Source: Candidatus Jordarchaeia archaeon
GTDB taxonomy: Archaea > Asgardarchaeota > Jordiarchaeia > Jordiarchaeales > Jordiarchaeaceae
DNA length: 13,597 nucleotides
Direction of reading: 5' to 3'
NCBI GenBank assembly: GCA_029856435.1
Contig: JAHQXB010000038.1
Coordinates: 1 to 13,597 of the forward strand
The stretch's first letter is position 1. Each line of letters begins with the position of its first letter. The notes beneath the pieces are model-generated. The model worked only from the letters and a program-made list of their open reading frames with translations. It was not told where the DNA came from and searched no databases. The position numbers were made by a program, and so were the translations under genes. This document shows, piece by piece, positions 1 through 7,995 of this stretch.

Positions 1-337
1 TTGTTGAGACGTAATAGCTATGAGTCCAAATTGAGGGTAGTTTTAGCAGTTCAGGGAACTCCTTTCTGAGGATGTTTGAGCTTCTGCCCTTTATCCTCTT
101 CACAATCTTGTGTACTGGTATCGTCGGATGGGCTGATATGATTAGGTGGATGTGGTCTGGGTTTATGGCTAGCTCTAAAACCTTGATCCCGAGCTCGTCT
201 GCAACCTTGTATACTATCTGTTCAAGCCCCTCCTTAACCTTTCCAACTAGGACGGGCTTCCTCCTCTTGGGGCACCAGACCAGGTGGTACTGGATTAAGA
301 AAGACCTTGTTCCCTGAATGTTGATGGCTCTACACAA
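1..337 (-). CDS. tnpA: IS200/IS605-family HUH (Y1) transposase TnpA, C-terminus runs off the window edge
   Basis: Hand translation of the minus strand (not in the ORF track): ...FLIQYHLVWCPKRRKPVLVGKVKEGLEQIVYKVADELGIKVLELAINPDHIHLIISAHPTIPVHKIVKRIKGRSSNILRKEFPELLKLPSIWTHSYYVST. It has YHLVWCPKxR, the HUH motif (HIH), KGxSS and the W..SYYVST block typical of TnpA. Start uncertain; TTG at 337 is the first in-frame start codon. Confidence 0.93.
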   Translation of the reverse strand, partial: MCRAINIQGTRSFLIQYHLVWCPKRRKPVLVGKVKEGLEQIVYKVADELGIKVLELAINPDHIHLIISAHPTIPVHKIVKRIKGRSSNILRKEFPELLKLPSIWTHSYYVST

Positions 338-371
338 ATATACAATTACTGTTTATATCTTTATATATCGA

Positions 372-406
372 CAATTCATCCCCGGTTAAAAAGGTGGGCT
401 TTCTTG
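372..406 (-). mobile_element. Left end of the IS200/IS605 element (degenerate subterminal hairpin)
   Basis: Minus strand reads CAAGAAAGCCCACCTTTTTAACCGGGGATGAATTG just upstream of tnpA. This resembles the imperfect-hairpin ends of this family as I recall them; the stem has mismatches. Confidence 0.65.
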
Positions 407-487
407 TTGAATTTTATGTAAAGGAGTAAGAATTGAAAAATGGTTATAACTCACTTTGAGAATATTGATTGGTGATGTTAATTATTT

Positions 488-1471
488 TTGAAGGAGGCAA
501 AATTTATTATAGCTTTTGGTCCAGTGCCCTCGAGGCGGTTGGGGCGTAGCCTTGGTGTAAATAATATTCCCGCAAAAATTTGCACCTACTCATGCATCTA
601 CTGCCAGCTGGGTAGCACCATAAAAAAGCAGATTGAAAGGCGGAGCTTTTACAAACCAGGAAGAATTTTTAAAGAAGTACAAAAACTTTGTGAGCAAGTT
701 GAAAAGAGAGGGGAGAAGGTTGATTATTTAACTTTTGTTCCTGATGGGGAGCCTACTTTAGATATCGCCTTGGGTGATGAAATTTCTTTGCTGAGAGAGT
801 TTGGTATAAAAATTGCCGTTGTAACTAATGGTTCACTTTTGGATAGAGCCGATGTTAGGAGAGATCTGTCTATGGCAGATCTGGTCTCTCTTAAGGTAGA
901 TGCTTTCAGTGAGAATTTTTGGCGTGAAATAGATAGACCGTACGGCTCACTTAACTATAATCACATTTTGGAGGCTATGGTAAAGTTTGCTCATGAGTTT
1001 GAAGGCGTGCTTGTAACTGAAACCATGCTTGTTCACGGTGTCAATGATGATGCAGAAGAAATTAATCGGGTTGCAGAATTTTTGGTAAATCTGAAACCAG
1101 TAAAATCTTATATTGCTATACCCACAAGGCCTCCGGCGGAGAGTTGGGTGAAGCCGGCAAGTGAACGTGTTATTAATCTAGCCTACCAAAAATTTAGCGA
1201 AAAGCTGGGAGAAAATAGGGTTGAATATTTGATTGGGTATGAAGGGGATAATTTCGCCTCGTCCGGCGAATTTGTGAAAGACCTGATGAGCATTACTTCG
1301 GTTCACCCAATGCGTGAGGAAGCCCTTGAAAACTTTTTAAAAAAAGCAAATAGTGATTGGAGCGTGGTACATGGCCTGATTAAAAAGGGCAAACTCATCG
1401 AACTCGAATTTGAGGGACACAAATTCTATATGCGCAAGCTACCAAGCAGAAGAAAAAAGGGAGCGAAATAA
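488..1471 (+). CDS. Radical SAM protein (COG0731-like Fe-S oxidoreductase)
   Basis: CxxxCxxC (CTYSCIYC), FGPVPSRRLGRSLG N-terminus, DGEPTL and VTNGSLL motifs. TTG start with GGTGAT upstream. Confidence 0.9.
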   Translation: MKEAKFIIAFGPVPSRRLGRSLGVNNIPAKICTYSCIYCQLGSTIKKQIERRSFYKPGRIFKEVQKLCEQVEKRGEKVDYLTFVPDGEPTLDIALGDEISLLREFGIKIAVVTNGSLLDRADVRRDLSMADLVSLKVDAFSENFWREIDRPYGSLNYNHILEAMVKFAHEFEGVLVTETMLVHGVNDDAEEINRVAEFLVNLKPVKSYIAIPTRPPAESWVKPASERVINLAYQKFSEKLGENRVEYLIGYEGDNFASSGEFVKDLMSITSVHPMREEALENFLKKANSDWSVVHGLIKKGKLIELEFEGHKFYMRKLPSRRKKGAK

Positions 1472-1658
1472 GTAAATTTTGAAATTAAATAAACAGTTAG
1501 AATTTCGTATCTCGAATATCCGTCTATCTCGGCTTAAATATACTGGAGCTACTTAAAATCGAAGGGCTGAAGGCTTTTTAATTACCTGTTTTGTTTATGT
1601 AAAGTCTTTTCAAATGTTTTAAATCCTTTTTTGTTGGAGTTTCCCTGGGTTAATTGAG

Positions 1659-2393
1659 TTAAATTGTAATTACTAGTCCTGAACCATTGGTAATGTACTC
1701 CTTTTCCAGTTTTTGTTTAATTATCTCTTTTGCTTCTTTGTCTGTACAGTGGGCTGGAGAAACCATTTTAACAGCAATTTCTTCTAGGTAGCTTGCTACC
1801 CTTTTTGCTTCGCTGCCTGAAATGTGAAATCCCCCCATAATTCCATACACTTCGGAAACCTCGCTCACCTCACAAGCCTTCCTAATGATTTCTACTACTC
1901 CTGGGTGAGAACAGCCGGTAATTATCATTAATCCTTTATTCTTCACATTCAATATCAGGGCGTGTTCACTCAACCCTCCCCCCACATCTCCAGTAGACAT
2001 TCCCCCAGGAAATAGAACTGTAGCCTTGTCTGTGACTACCTGTATTCCTCCCAGTTTTTGCAGGTAATCTGTATCAAAAAATCTGAAAGAGGGAACATAA
2101 ACCATTACCGGCTTGGCGATGGATTGCAGGACCTGGGGCAGCGCTCCACAGTGGTCTCCGTGTCTGTGGGATATGAAGATAGCATCAATGTTCTGAATAT
2201 TTATTCCCAGTTTTTCGATGTTATGGAAAAAGGCTGGAACTGAGCCACTGGTATCCATCAAAATGTTAAAAATTTTATTCTTAACTGTTACTGAAACAAG
2301 AATTGAAAGTCCCCAAGTGGACTGCAGGTCTCTACTTAGAGTATTATTATCAACTATAGTTGTGATTTTCACCGATTCTACTTCATCCAGCAT
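1659..2393 (-). CDS. MBL-fold metallo-hydrolase (COG1237-like)
   Basis: HxHxDH (HRHGDH), GCSHPG, GGFH and HCT metal-ligand motifs. Start at ATG 2393 or GTG 2402. Confidence 0.9.
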   Translation of the reverse strand: MLDEVESVKITTIVDNNTLSRDLQSTWGLSILVSVTVKNKIFNILMDTSGSVPAFFHNIEKLGINIQNIDAIFISHRHGDHCGALPQVLQSIAKPVMVYVPSFRFFDTDYLQKLGGIQVVTDKATVLFPGGMSTGDVGGGLSEHALILNVKNKGLMIITGCSHPGVVEIIRKACEVSEVSEVYGIMGGFHISGSEAKRVASYLEEIAVKMVSPAHCTDKEAKEIIKQKLEKEYITNGSGLVITI

Positions 2394-2457
2394 AACATTC
2401 ACATTCTGCTAGGGTAGCGATAAATTAAAGAAATTATTTTTCCGCGGTTTCTAGATG

Positions 2458-2805
2458 TTAAAGCTTTTGCTCCTCTGTTTCTATTTGTTCATCCTCTACC
2501 AGTTGGAGTTCTCTCCCCTCAACAATGGTGCTGACCAATTTTTTGCGTGCGCTCTGAAGTAGTCGCCATACAGTTCCACGGGATACTCCCATCCTTTTTC
2601 CCGCTTCCTCTTGATCTAAACCCAAGTAATCTATGAGTCTTAGAACCTCATACTCATCATAGAACATTTTTATGGGTTCTAAGGTTGATTCTCTGGATAA
2701 AGAGGTGGGGGAGAGTTGACTTACTGAGGGTGGATTGCTTATGCACCTTGGTATTTTTGGGCGTCCGCACCTACCCCTTCTCCATTTGCATCTTCCACGT
2801 GGCAA
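2458..2805 (-). CDS. DUF134/UPF0251 family HTH DNA-binding protein
   Basis: GRPK..R N-terminal motif, then DEYEVLRLIDYLGLDQEEAGKRMGVSRGTVWRLLQSARKKL (HTH) and EGRELQL, typical of DUF134. Confidence 0.9.
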   Translation of the reverse strand: MPRGRCKWRRGRCGRPKIPRCISNPPSVSQLSPTSLSRESTLEPIKMFYDEYEVLRLIDYLGLDQEEAGKRMGVSRGTVWRLLQSARKKLVSTIVEGRELQLVEDEQIETEEQKL

Positions 2806-2813
2806 TTCTTAAC

Positions 2814-3695
2814 TCACTTTTCACTACCATTTTTGTTTTCTACAATACTCTTAATTTTTTGAGCTATCTCCATAAAGATTTTTGAGGATTCACTGTTCGG
2901 ATTCTCAATTAGGAATGAAACGCCCTTGTCCGAGTTCTTGCTTATTTCTGGGTCTATGGGGATTTGGCCCAAGAATCGGACATTCATTTCTTCAGCCATC
3001 TCTTTTCCAACACCTGATCCCAGGAGGTCATATTTCTCTCCGCACTTGGGACATACAAAGCCGCTCATGTTCTCTATTACTCCAATCACTGGGATATTCA
3101 TTTTGATGCTCATATTAATAGCCTTTTTGACCACATGCTTCGATAAATCTGAGGGAGCGGTAACAATTACTGCGCCGTCCATATTGGGAAGAAGCTGCAT
3201 TACACTCAGCGGTTCATCGCCCGTTCCTGGTGGCAAATCAATAAATAAGTAATCCAGTTCACCCCAATCGACATCTGATAGGAATTGCCTAATGGCGCTC
3301 ATTTTTAGGGGACCACGCCAGATTACCGGATCCTCAGAGTTTTCTAGGAATAAGTCTATTGAAATAACTCTCACCCCATAACCCGACAATATTGGATAGA
3401 TACCTGTTGGTCCCCCACTGGGGCGCATTCCTTCTACACCCATTATTTTTGGTATCGAGGGCCCATGTATGTCTGAGTCTAAAATTCCCACCCTACTGCC
3501 CAATTTGGACATTGCCACCGCCAAGTTAGCTGCTACGGTGCTCTTTCCTACTCCACCTTTTCCAGACATCACTATTATTTTATGTTTCACTTTAGACATT
3601 CTTTCCCGAACTCTTCTCTCCTCGTCTAAGACTTCCTGCATACGTGCAGCTTGAGGACTTATTCTCCTCTTGTCCATGTTATTTTTGTTTTCCAT
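2814..3695 (-). CDS. mrp: Mrp/NBP35 (ApbC) P-loop ATPase, Fe-S cluster carrier
   Basis: Deviant Walker A GKGGVGKS, DIHGP, WRGP, DLPPGTGD and ENMS..CPKC. Start moved to ATG 3695 because GGAGGT lies at 3703-3708; the ORF-track start at 3815 overlaps the upstream gene. Confidence 0.95.
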   Translation of the reverse strand: MENKNNMDKRRISPQAARMQEVLDEERRVRERMSKVKHKIIVMSGKGGVGKSTVAANLAVAMSKLGSRVGILDSDIHGPSIPKIMGVEGMRPSGGPTGIYPILSGYGVRVISIDLFLENSEDPVIWRGPLKMSAIRQFLSDVDWGELDYLFIDLPPGTGDEPLSVMQLLPNMDGAVIVTAPSDLSKHVVKKAINMSIKMNIPVIGVIENMSGFVCPKCGEKYDLLGSGVGKEMAEEMNVRFLGQIPIDPEISKNSDKGVSFLIENPNSESSKIFMEIAQKIKSIVENKNGSEK

Positions 3696-3735
3696 TTTTG
3701 AAACCTCCATAATCATCCTGTTTCCATTAAATATG

Positions 3736-4119
3736 CTAACATTCGTGTTTGTGTCCGTGTCTGTGTTCCTCGCAGGGTTCGACGTCTCCCAGTTTCCCCT
3801 TCCTGAATAAATCAACTGCTTCAGCTATTGAAACTGCGTCGCACATGAATACCCTTATACCTCTTTCCTGAAACATGCTTATGGCTCTGGGACCCATACC
3901 CCTAACTATCATAAAGTCGGGGTTGAATCCCGCGATTATCTCTGGAGGGGAACCTCTACCGCCGAAATGCTCACTAGTGTTCTCCTTCGCCTCCACCGAA
4001 ATAATCTTTCCATCTTCGGATACGTCTACAACTGCAAAGAAGGGGGCTCTTCCAAAATGGTCTGAAATTATAGAATATTCTCCATCAAATTCTGATATGG
4101 GAAATACCAGTCTCACCAT
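3736..4119 (-). CDS. Stand-alone NifB/NifX (dinitrogenase Fe-Mo cofactor-binding domain) family protein
   Basis: HFGRAPFFAVVD, NTSEH..G.G and MGPRA motifs; C-terminal CEEHRHGHKHEC tail. GAGGTGA precedes ATG 4119. Confidence 0.9.
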   Translation of the reverse strand: MVRLVFPISEFDGEYSIISDHFGRAPFFAVVDVSEDGKIISVEAKENTSEHFGGRGSPPEIIAGFNPDFMIVRGMGPRAISMFQERGIRVFMCDAVSIAEAVDLFRKGKLGDVEPCEEHRHGHKHEC

Positions 4120-4149
4120 AATTTTCACCTCTTAAAATTATCTTTTGTT

Positions 4150-5544
4150 TCAAACATTCTTCTCATCCTCAGAGTGTCCAGCACTGCTGGGTTTACGCAA
4201 AATTCTCAACTTTTGATTCAAATAATCGTCAACGAGTTCCCTTACTGGGCGTTCGTCGCTCTCGTATATGAATACTCCAAGGTTTCTAAGGGCGTAAAAG
4301 GCGGGCTTACCCAAATTCTTGCACACCAGTGCAGTTATTCCCTTTTTATACAGGAACTCCGCTGATTCTGTACCCTTACCGTGCGTGCTCTTAATTGTGG
4401 GATTACTAACCATTTCAACACCGGCCACTTTTTTGTCTTTCAACTTTACCAGAACAAAATTTTTACATTTGCCAAAGTGGGAACAAACCCGGCTCTCAAC
4501 ACCATCATCCTCATCCGTGGGAAAAGCTATGACCTCCTCCTCCTTCCTTTCTGAGGGTCTAGTTTCTATTAAAATGTAACCTGCTCTTGGAAACCTGCTC
4601 CAAATAATGTTTCGAACCTCTTCCGTAACGTAGTGGCTTTCTTTGAGCTTCATGTCCGGCTTTAACTCTAAAACCAAGTCTATCAACATATATCTCCCAG
4701 CACCCCTAGCCCTAATTTGGGCCACCCGTTGCACTGGAGGATGCTCCTCTACAACCTTTTTGATTTCTTCCACTATTTCGGGATAGGGAATCTTCTCCAC
4801 TAGAATGTTGACTGCGTTTTTTGAAACGTTGAATCCCACCCAAAAAACCATTAGCGAGATTCCCATGCCTACCAGTGGGTCGACCAGCATGTAACCATAA
4901 TACATATTATAGGTTCCTATCTGAATTAGCAACTGTTGGTAAAAGTCGGCGTTCAGTGCCAGCGCTAAAAAGTTGAGCGTCTCTGAAATTGGGTTCACAA
5001 TTAGAGAAGCAACATAAATCGCTACAAGTCCGGCTAAAGGAGACAATGATAAGTAAACATCCACATTAAAGTGTTTAGATTCCGCCAGTAGGGAGGGGCT
5101 ACCCGTTTTTTCGCCAACTCTCTTATAATAAATCGCTATACCCTTGGAAACCGCCACCGCAAACAGAATGGTGCCCACGGATAAAACATTTACTTCAGCA
5201 GGCTTAGGATTTAAAAACTTGTGAAAAGACTCCCACATTGCATCTGCACCAGCCAGGATAATTATGAAGCCCACAAATAGGCTTGCAATGTTTTCCGCCT
5301 TGTAGTGACCATAAGGATGAGACATATCTGGTGGCTTTTCTGACACAATCAGGCCCACAAAAACAATGATTATGGATAGGACATCAGACAAATTATTATA
5401 CGAATTTGCCAAAATCCCTACGGTGCCCGTAAGTCTCCCAATCACAAATTCTGTGGCGGCGACAACTCCTAAAGCTACGAGAGTAATAATTGAAACCTTT
5501 TTGTATACTTTCATAACGTTTTCCTTGGTTAACTTCTCAGTCAA
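4150..5544 (-). CDS. Cation diffusion facilitator (CDF) transporter fused to a C-terminal NifB/NifX domain
   Basis: CDF hallmarks: PPDMSHPYGHYKAE, TM2 NNLSD, TM5 HFNVD, DPL, and a cytosolic domain with HYVTEEV/IETRP. These are followed by IAFP..D......CSHFGKCKNF...NP....G.G (NifB/NifX). TTG start overlaps the upstream TGA. Confidence 0.92.
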   Translation of the reverse strand: MTEKLTKENVMKVYKKVSIITLVALGVVAATEFVIGRLTGTVGILANSYNNLSDVLSIIIVFVGLIVSEKPPDMSHPYGHYKAENIASLFVGFIIILAGADAMWESFHKFLNPKPAEVNVLSVGTILFAVAVSKGIAIYYKRVGEKTGSPSLLAESKHFNVDVYLSLSPLAGLVAIYVASLIVNPISETLNFLALALNADFYQQLLIQIGTYNMYYGYMLVDPLVGMGISLMVFWVGFNVSKNAVNILVEKIPYPEIVEEIKKVVEEHPPVQRVAQIRARGAGRYMLIDLVLELKPDMKLKESHYVTEEVRNIIWSRFPRAGYILIETRPSERKEEEVIAFPTDEDDGVESRVCSHFGKCKNFVLVKLKDKKVAGVEMVSNPTIKSTHGKGTESAEFLYKKGITALVCKNLGKPAFYALRNLGVFIYESDERPVRELVDDYLNQKLRILRKPSSAGHSEDEKNV

Positions 5545-6446
5545 GGAGCTAACCCCCCACTATTCAAAACACCAACCATCCTGTCAAATACTCCCACCAG
5601 AGCCTTTGAGGCAGGACTGGAAGGATCATACTCCACTACGGACATATTATTAACCACCGCTCGAACCACACTCTCATCAGCAGGAACCTCACCCAACACT
5701 ATACCCCCCACCTCTTTAGCATATCTTCGAAGTTCAGAGGTCATCTCCAGAAATATGTCAAACTTGTTTATAACCACGCCGAAGGGAATTCCAAAATGTT
5801 TGACAATAGAAATCATTCTGTCCACATCATGCTTAGCAGCCATAGTAGGCTCGGTCACCGTCACCACAAAGTCAGCACCACTAATGCTGGCTATGGCCGC
5901 ACAGCCAGAACCCGGCGGTCCATCAATAATTAGAAGCTCCGCATTTACTTCTTTTGCCAGCTTCCTCGCCGCCTCCTTAACCTCTGCCACCACCTTACCT
6001 GAGCCACTCTCTCCAATCATCAAGTGACCCATAACCATTGGAAAACCGGAACTGGTTTTGAGTATGGTGATCTCTCCATTATCTATGGGTTTAATATTTA
6101 CAGCATTAACTGGACAAACAATTTGGCACAGTCCACATCCCTCACAGTAGAGGCGATTAACTGCATAACCCTCAGCGTTTTTTCTTATGGCGTCGAACTT
6201 GCAAACTTCCATACACTTTCCACAGTCATTGCACTTTTTGCGGTCAATAAACGCCTTCTCAGAAACCTGAATAGTTTTTTTGCTTATCACTTCACCCTTT
6301 AAAATTAGTGCTAGATTGGGAGCATCCACATCGGTGTCTGCTGCAACCATTTTAAAACCATTTTTGTTAGCCAGCAGAGCTAGAGATGAAGTTATAGTGG
6401 TTTTGCCTGTTCCCCCCTTGCCTGAAACAACCACTATCTCAATCAT
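5541..6446 (-). CDS. MinD-superfamily P-loop ATPase with inserted 2x[4Fe-4S] ferredoxin domain (COG1149-like)
   Basis: SGKGGTGKT, DTDVDAPN, CNDCGKCMEVC and CEGCGLCQIVCP, DGPPGSGC, VTEPT. Start ATG 6446 (MIEIVVV) abuts the upstream stop. Confidence 0.93.
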   Translation of the reverse strand: MIEIVVVSGKGGTGKTTITSSLALLANKNGFKMVAADTDVDAPNLALILKGEVISKKTIQVSEKAFIDRKKCNDCGKCMEVCKFDAIRKNAEGYAVNRLYCEGCGLCQIVCPVNAVNIKPIDNGEITILKTSSGFPMVMGHLMIGESGSGKVVAEVKEAARKLAKEVNAELLIIDGPPGSGCAAIASISGADFVVTVTEPTMAAKHDVDRMISIVKHFGIPFGVVINKFDIFLEMTSELRRYAKEVGGIVLGEVPADESVVRAVVNNMSVVEYDPSSPASKALVGVFDRMVGVLNSGGLAP

Positions 6447-6447
6447 T

Positions 6448-7374
6448 TCACAACACCAGATCCCGAATTTTTCCATAGAGCTCTTTGAAGGCTCTGGCAC
6501 TAGGAGAATCAGGCTTACCTGTTACAACCGGTATACTCTTAGCATAACACTCAAAAAGCCCCATATCAAAAGGAATACTGGAGATAAGCTCCGCCGAGTG
6601 CTTCTCACAAACTTCTCTAATTAAAGAGTCGTCCCCTATTCCTGAGCGGTTCAGAACCACAAAGGGCTTAATGTTAAGAATTTTGGTCAACTCCAAAATC
6701 AAATCTAAATCATGAGCTCCTAGGGGAGTAGGCTCAGTCACCGGAAGAGCGGTGTTCGAGAATTCCAGAGCCCTCATAACACCACAGTGAGTTCCAGGCG
6801 CCGTGTCCACTATAATCACATCATAACTTTGGTTCCTCAGTCTCTCTTCCACTTCTTCCCTCAACTTTTGAACAATGAGCACCGCTTCCATCTGGTTCAA
6901 TTCCAGCTCTCCCATTAAAATATCAATATCCCTATAGCTAGCATCATAGACATATCCCACAGTTTTCAACTTCTCTTTTACAGCATCACTGGGGCACACA
7001 TACCTACATATTTCGCATCCCGTACAAACCTCGGGAAACAGTACGGGGGGCTTCCCCTCAGGCAATATAAGCGCATGAGCGCGACATGACTCAACACATG
7101 TACCACACTGACTGCACTTCCCTGCATCAAACTCTGGAAGAAAACCCGTGACTCTTCTCTGGTTACGCTTCTCAACATTCAAAAGCACCGCAATGTTTGG
7201 AGAATCCACATCAGCATCAACCAACAGTACCTTCTTATCATCCAACATAAACGAGACCGCTAGATTAATGGCAACCGTAGACTTCCCAGTACCTCCCTTG
7301 CCTCCAGTAACGCTAAAAGAAGAGGGAAACCTCTCCCTATGAAAACTGGAAACAGTCACTTCAGCCTCAGTCAC
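6448..7374 (-). CDS. Second MinD-superfamily P-loop ATPase with inserted ferredoxin domain (COG1149-like)
   Basis: GGKGGTGKS, DADVDSPN, CSQCGTCVESC and CTGCEICRYVCP, DTAPGTHC, VTEPTPLG. Start codon uncertain. Confidence 0.92.
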   Translation of the reverse strand: MTEAEVTVSSFHRERFPSSFSVTGGKGGTGKSTVAINLAVSFMLDDKKVLLVDADVDSPNIAVLLNVEKRNQRRVTGFLPEFDAGKCSQCGTCVESCRAHALILPEGKPPVLFPEVCTGCEICRYVCPSDAVKEKLKTVGYVYDASYRDIDILMGELELNQMEAVLIVQKLREEVEERLRNQSYDVIIVDTAPGTHCGVMRALEFSNTALPVTEPTPLGAHDLDLILELTKILNIKPFVVLNRSGIGDDSLIREVCEKHSAELISSIPFDMGLFECYAKSIPVVTGKPDSPSARAFKELYGKIRDLVL

Positions 7375-7399
7375 TTACAGTCTCTCCCATATCCTTAAC

Positions 7400-7954
7400 C
7401 TATTCCAAAGGCTTACCGCACTGTGAACAGAAACGAGCCCCCGGAACTGTTTGAGCTCCACAATAGGGACAATATCTAGCTCCCTCAGAAACCGGAGAAA
7501 CAGGCACCCCAAAACCTCGCCCTGGTCCACCACATCGCCCCATACCTATGCCTCTTCCCATACCTATGCCTCTTCCTATGCCCATGTGGGCTGGACCTGT
7601 TGCTGTGGAAATTTCGGTTAGGCGTCCCGAAATGTATTCTTCGACGGCTTCTCGCACTGTTACTCCTACTGGTCCTGTGTAAACTTGTATTCCAAGACTT
7701 TTCAGGGCGTTGAAGGCGTTGGGTCCGTAGTTTCCAGATATGACTGCATTTACTTTATTGTTTGCCATAAATTGGGCAGCTTGGATACCTGCGCCGCCAA
7801 AAGCGCTTACGGCCGGGTTCTCCACGGATTGTACATTTTTGATTTTTTTCCCATCCAGTTCTACGATGATGAAGAAGGGGCATCTGCCAAAACGCGCATC
7901 AGTTATAGCGTCTATTCCATTAGGCGTTTGGGAACTAACAGCTATTTTAGGCAT
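7400..7954 (-). CDS. NifB/NifX family protein (IssA/SipA-like) with Gly/Arg/Met-rich repeat and C-terminal double-CxxC zinc ribbon
   Basis: KIAV...RFGRCPFF...NPA....GAGIQAAQ...GPNAF domain; then HMGIGRGIGMGRGIGMGRCGGPGRGFG; then CPYCG..TVPGARFCSQCGKPL. AGGAGGA at 7964-7970 supports ATG 7954. Confidence 0.88.
   Translation of the reverse strand: MPKIAVSSQTPNGIDAITDARFGRCPFFIIVELDGKKIKNVQSVENPAVSAFGGAGIQAAQFMANNKVNAVISGNYGPNAFNALKSLGIQVYTGPVGVTVREAVEEYISGRLTEISTATGPAHMGIGRGIGMGRGIGMGRCGGPGRGFGVPVSPVSEGARYCPYCGAQTVPGARFCSQCGKPLE
7539..7585. repeat. 18-bp coding tandem repeat (CCCATACCTATGCCTCTT x2 plus a partial copy) encoding the G[IM]GRG-type repeats
   Basis: Exact copies at 7539-7556 and 7557-7574, followed by the partial CCTATGCCCAT. 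Confidence 0.9.
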
Positions 7955-7995
7955 AATAGCGTATCCTCCTACCTTTTTTAAATAATCTCTTAATT

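Noticed and set aside
72-317. 81-aa plus-strand ORF (hydrophobic, MFELLPFILF...)
   Set aside because: Antisense shadow of tnpA, which has clear family motifs on the minus strand.
1530-1600. TATA-like CTTAAATATA in the convergent gap between the radical SAM and MBL genes
   Set aside because: AT-rich terminator region; no ORF or structured RNA follows it.
3736-7954. NifB/NifX domains and NifH-like ATPases as evidence of nitrogen fixation
   Set aside because: No nifH, nifD or nifK in the window; these domain families are widespread in non-diazotrophs.
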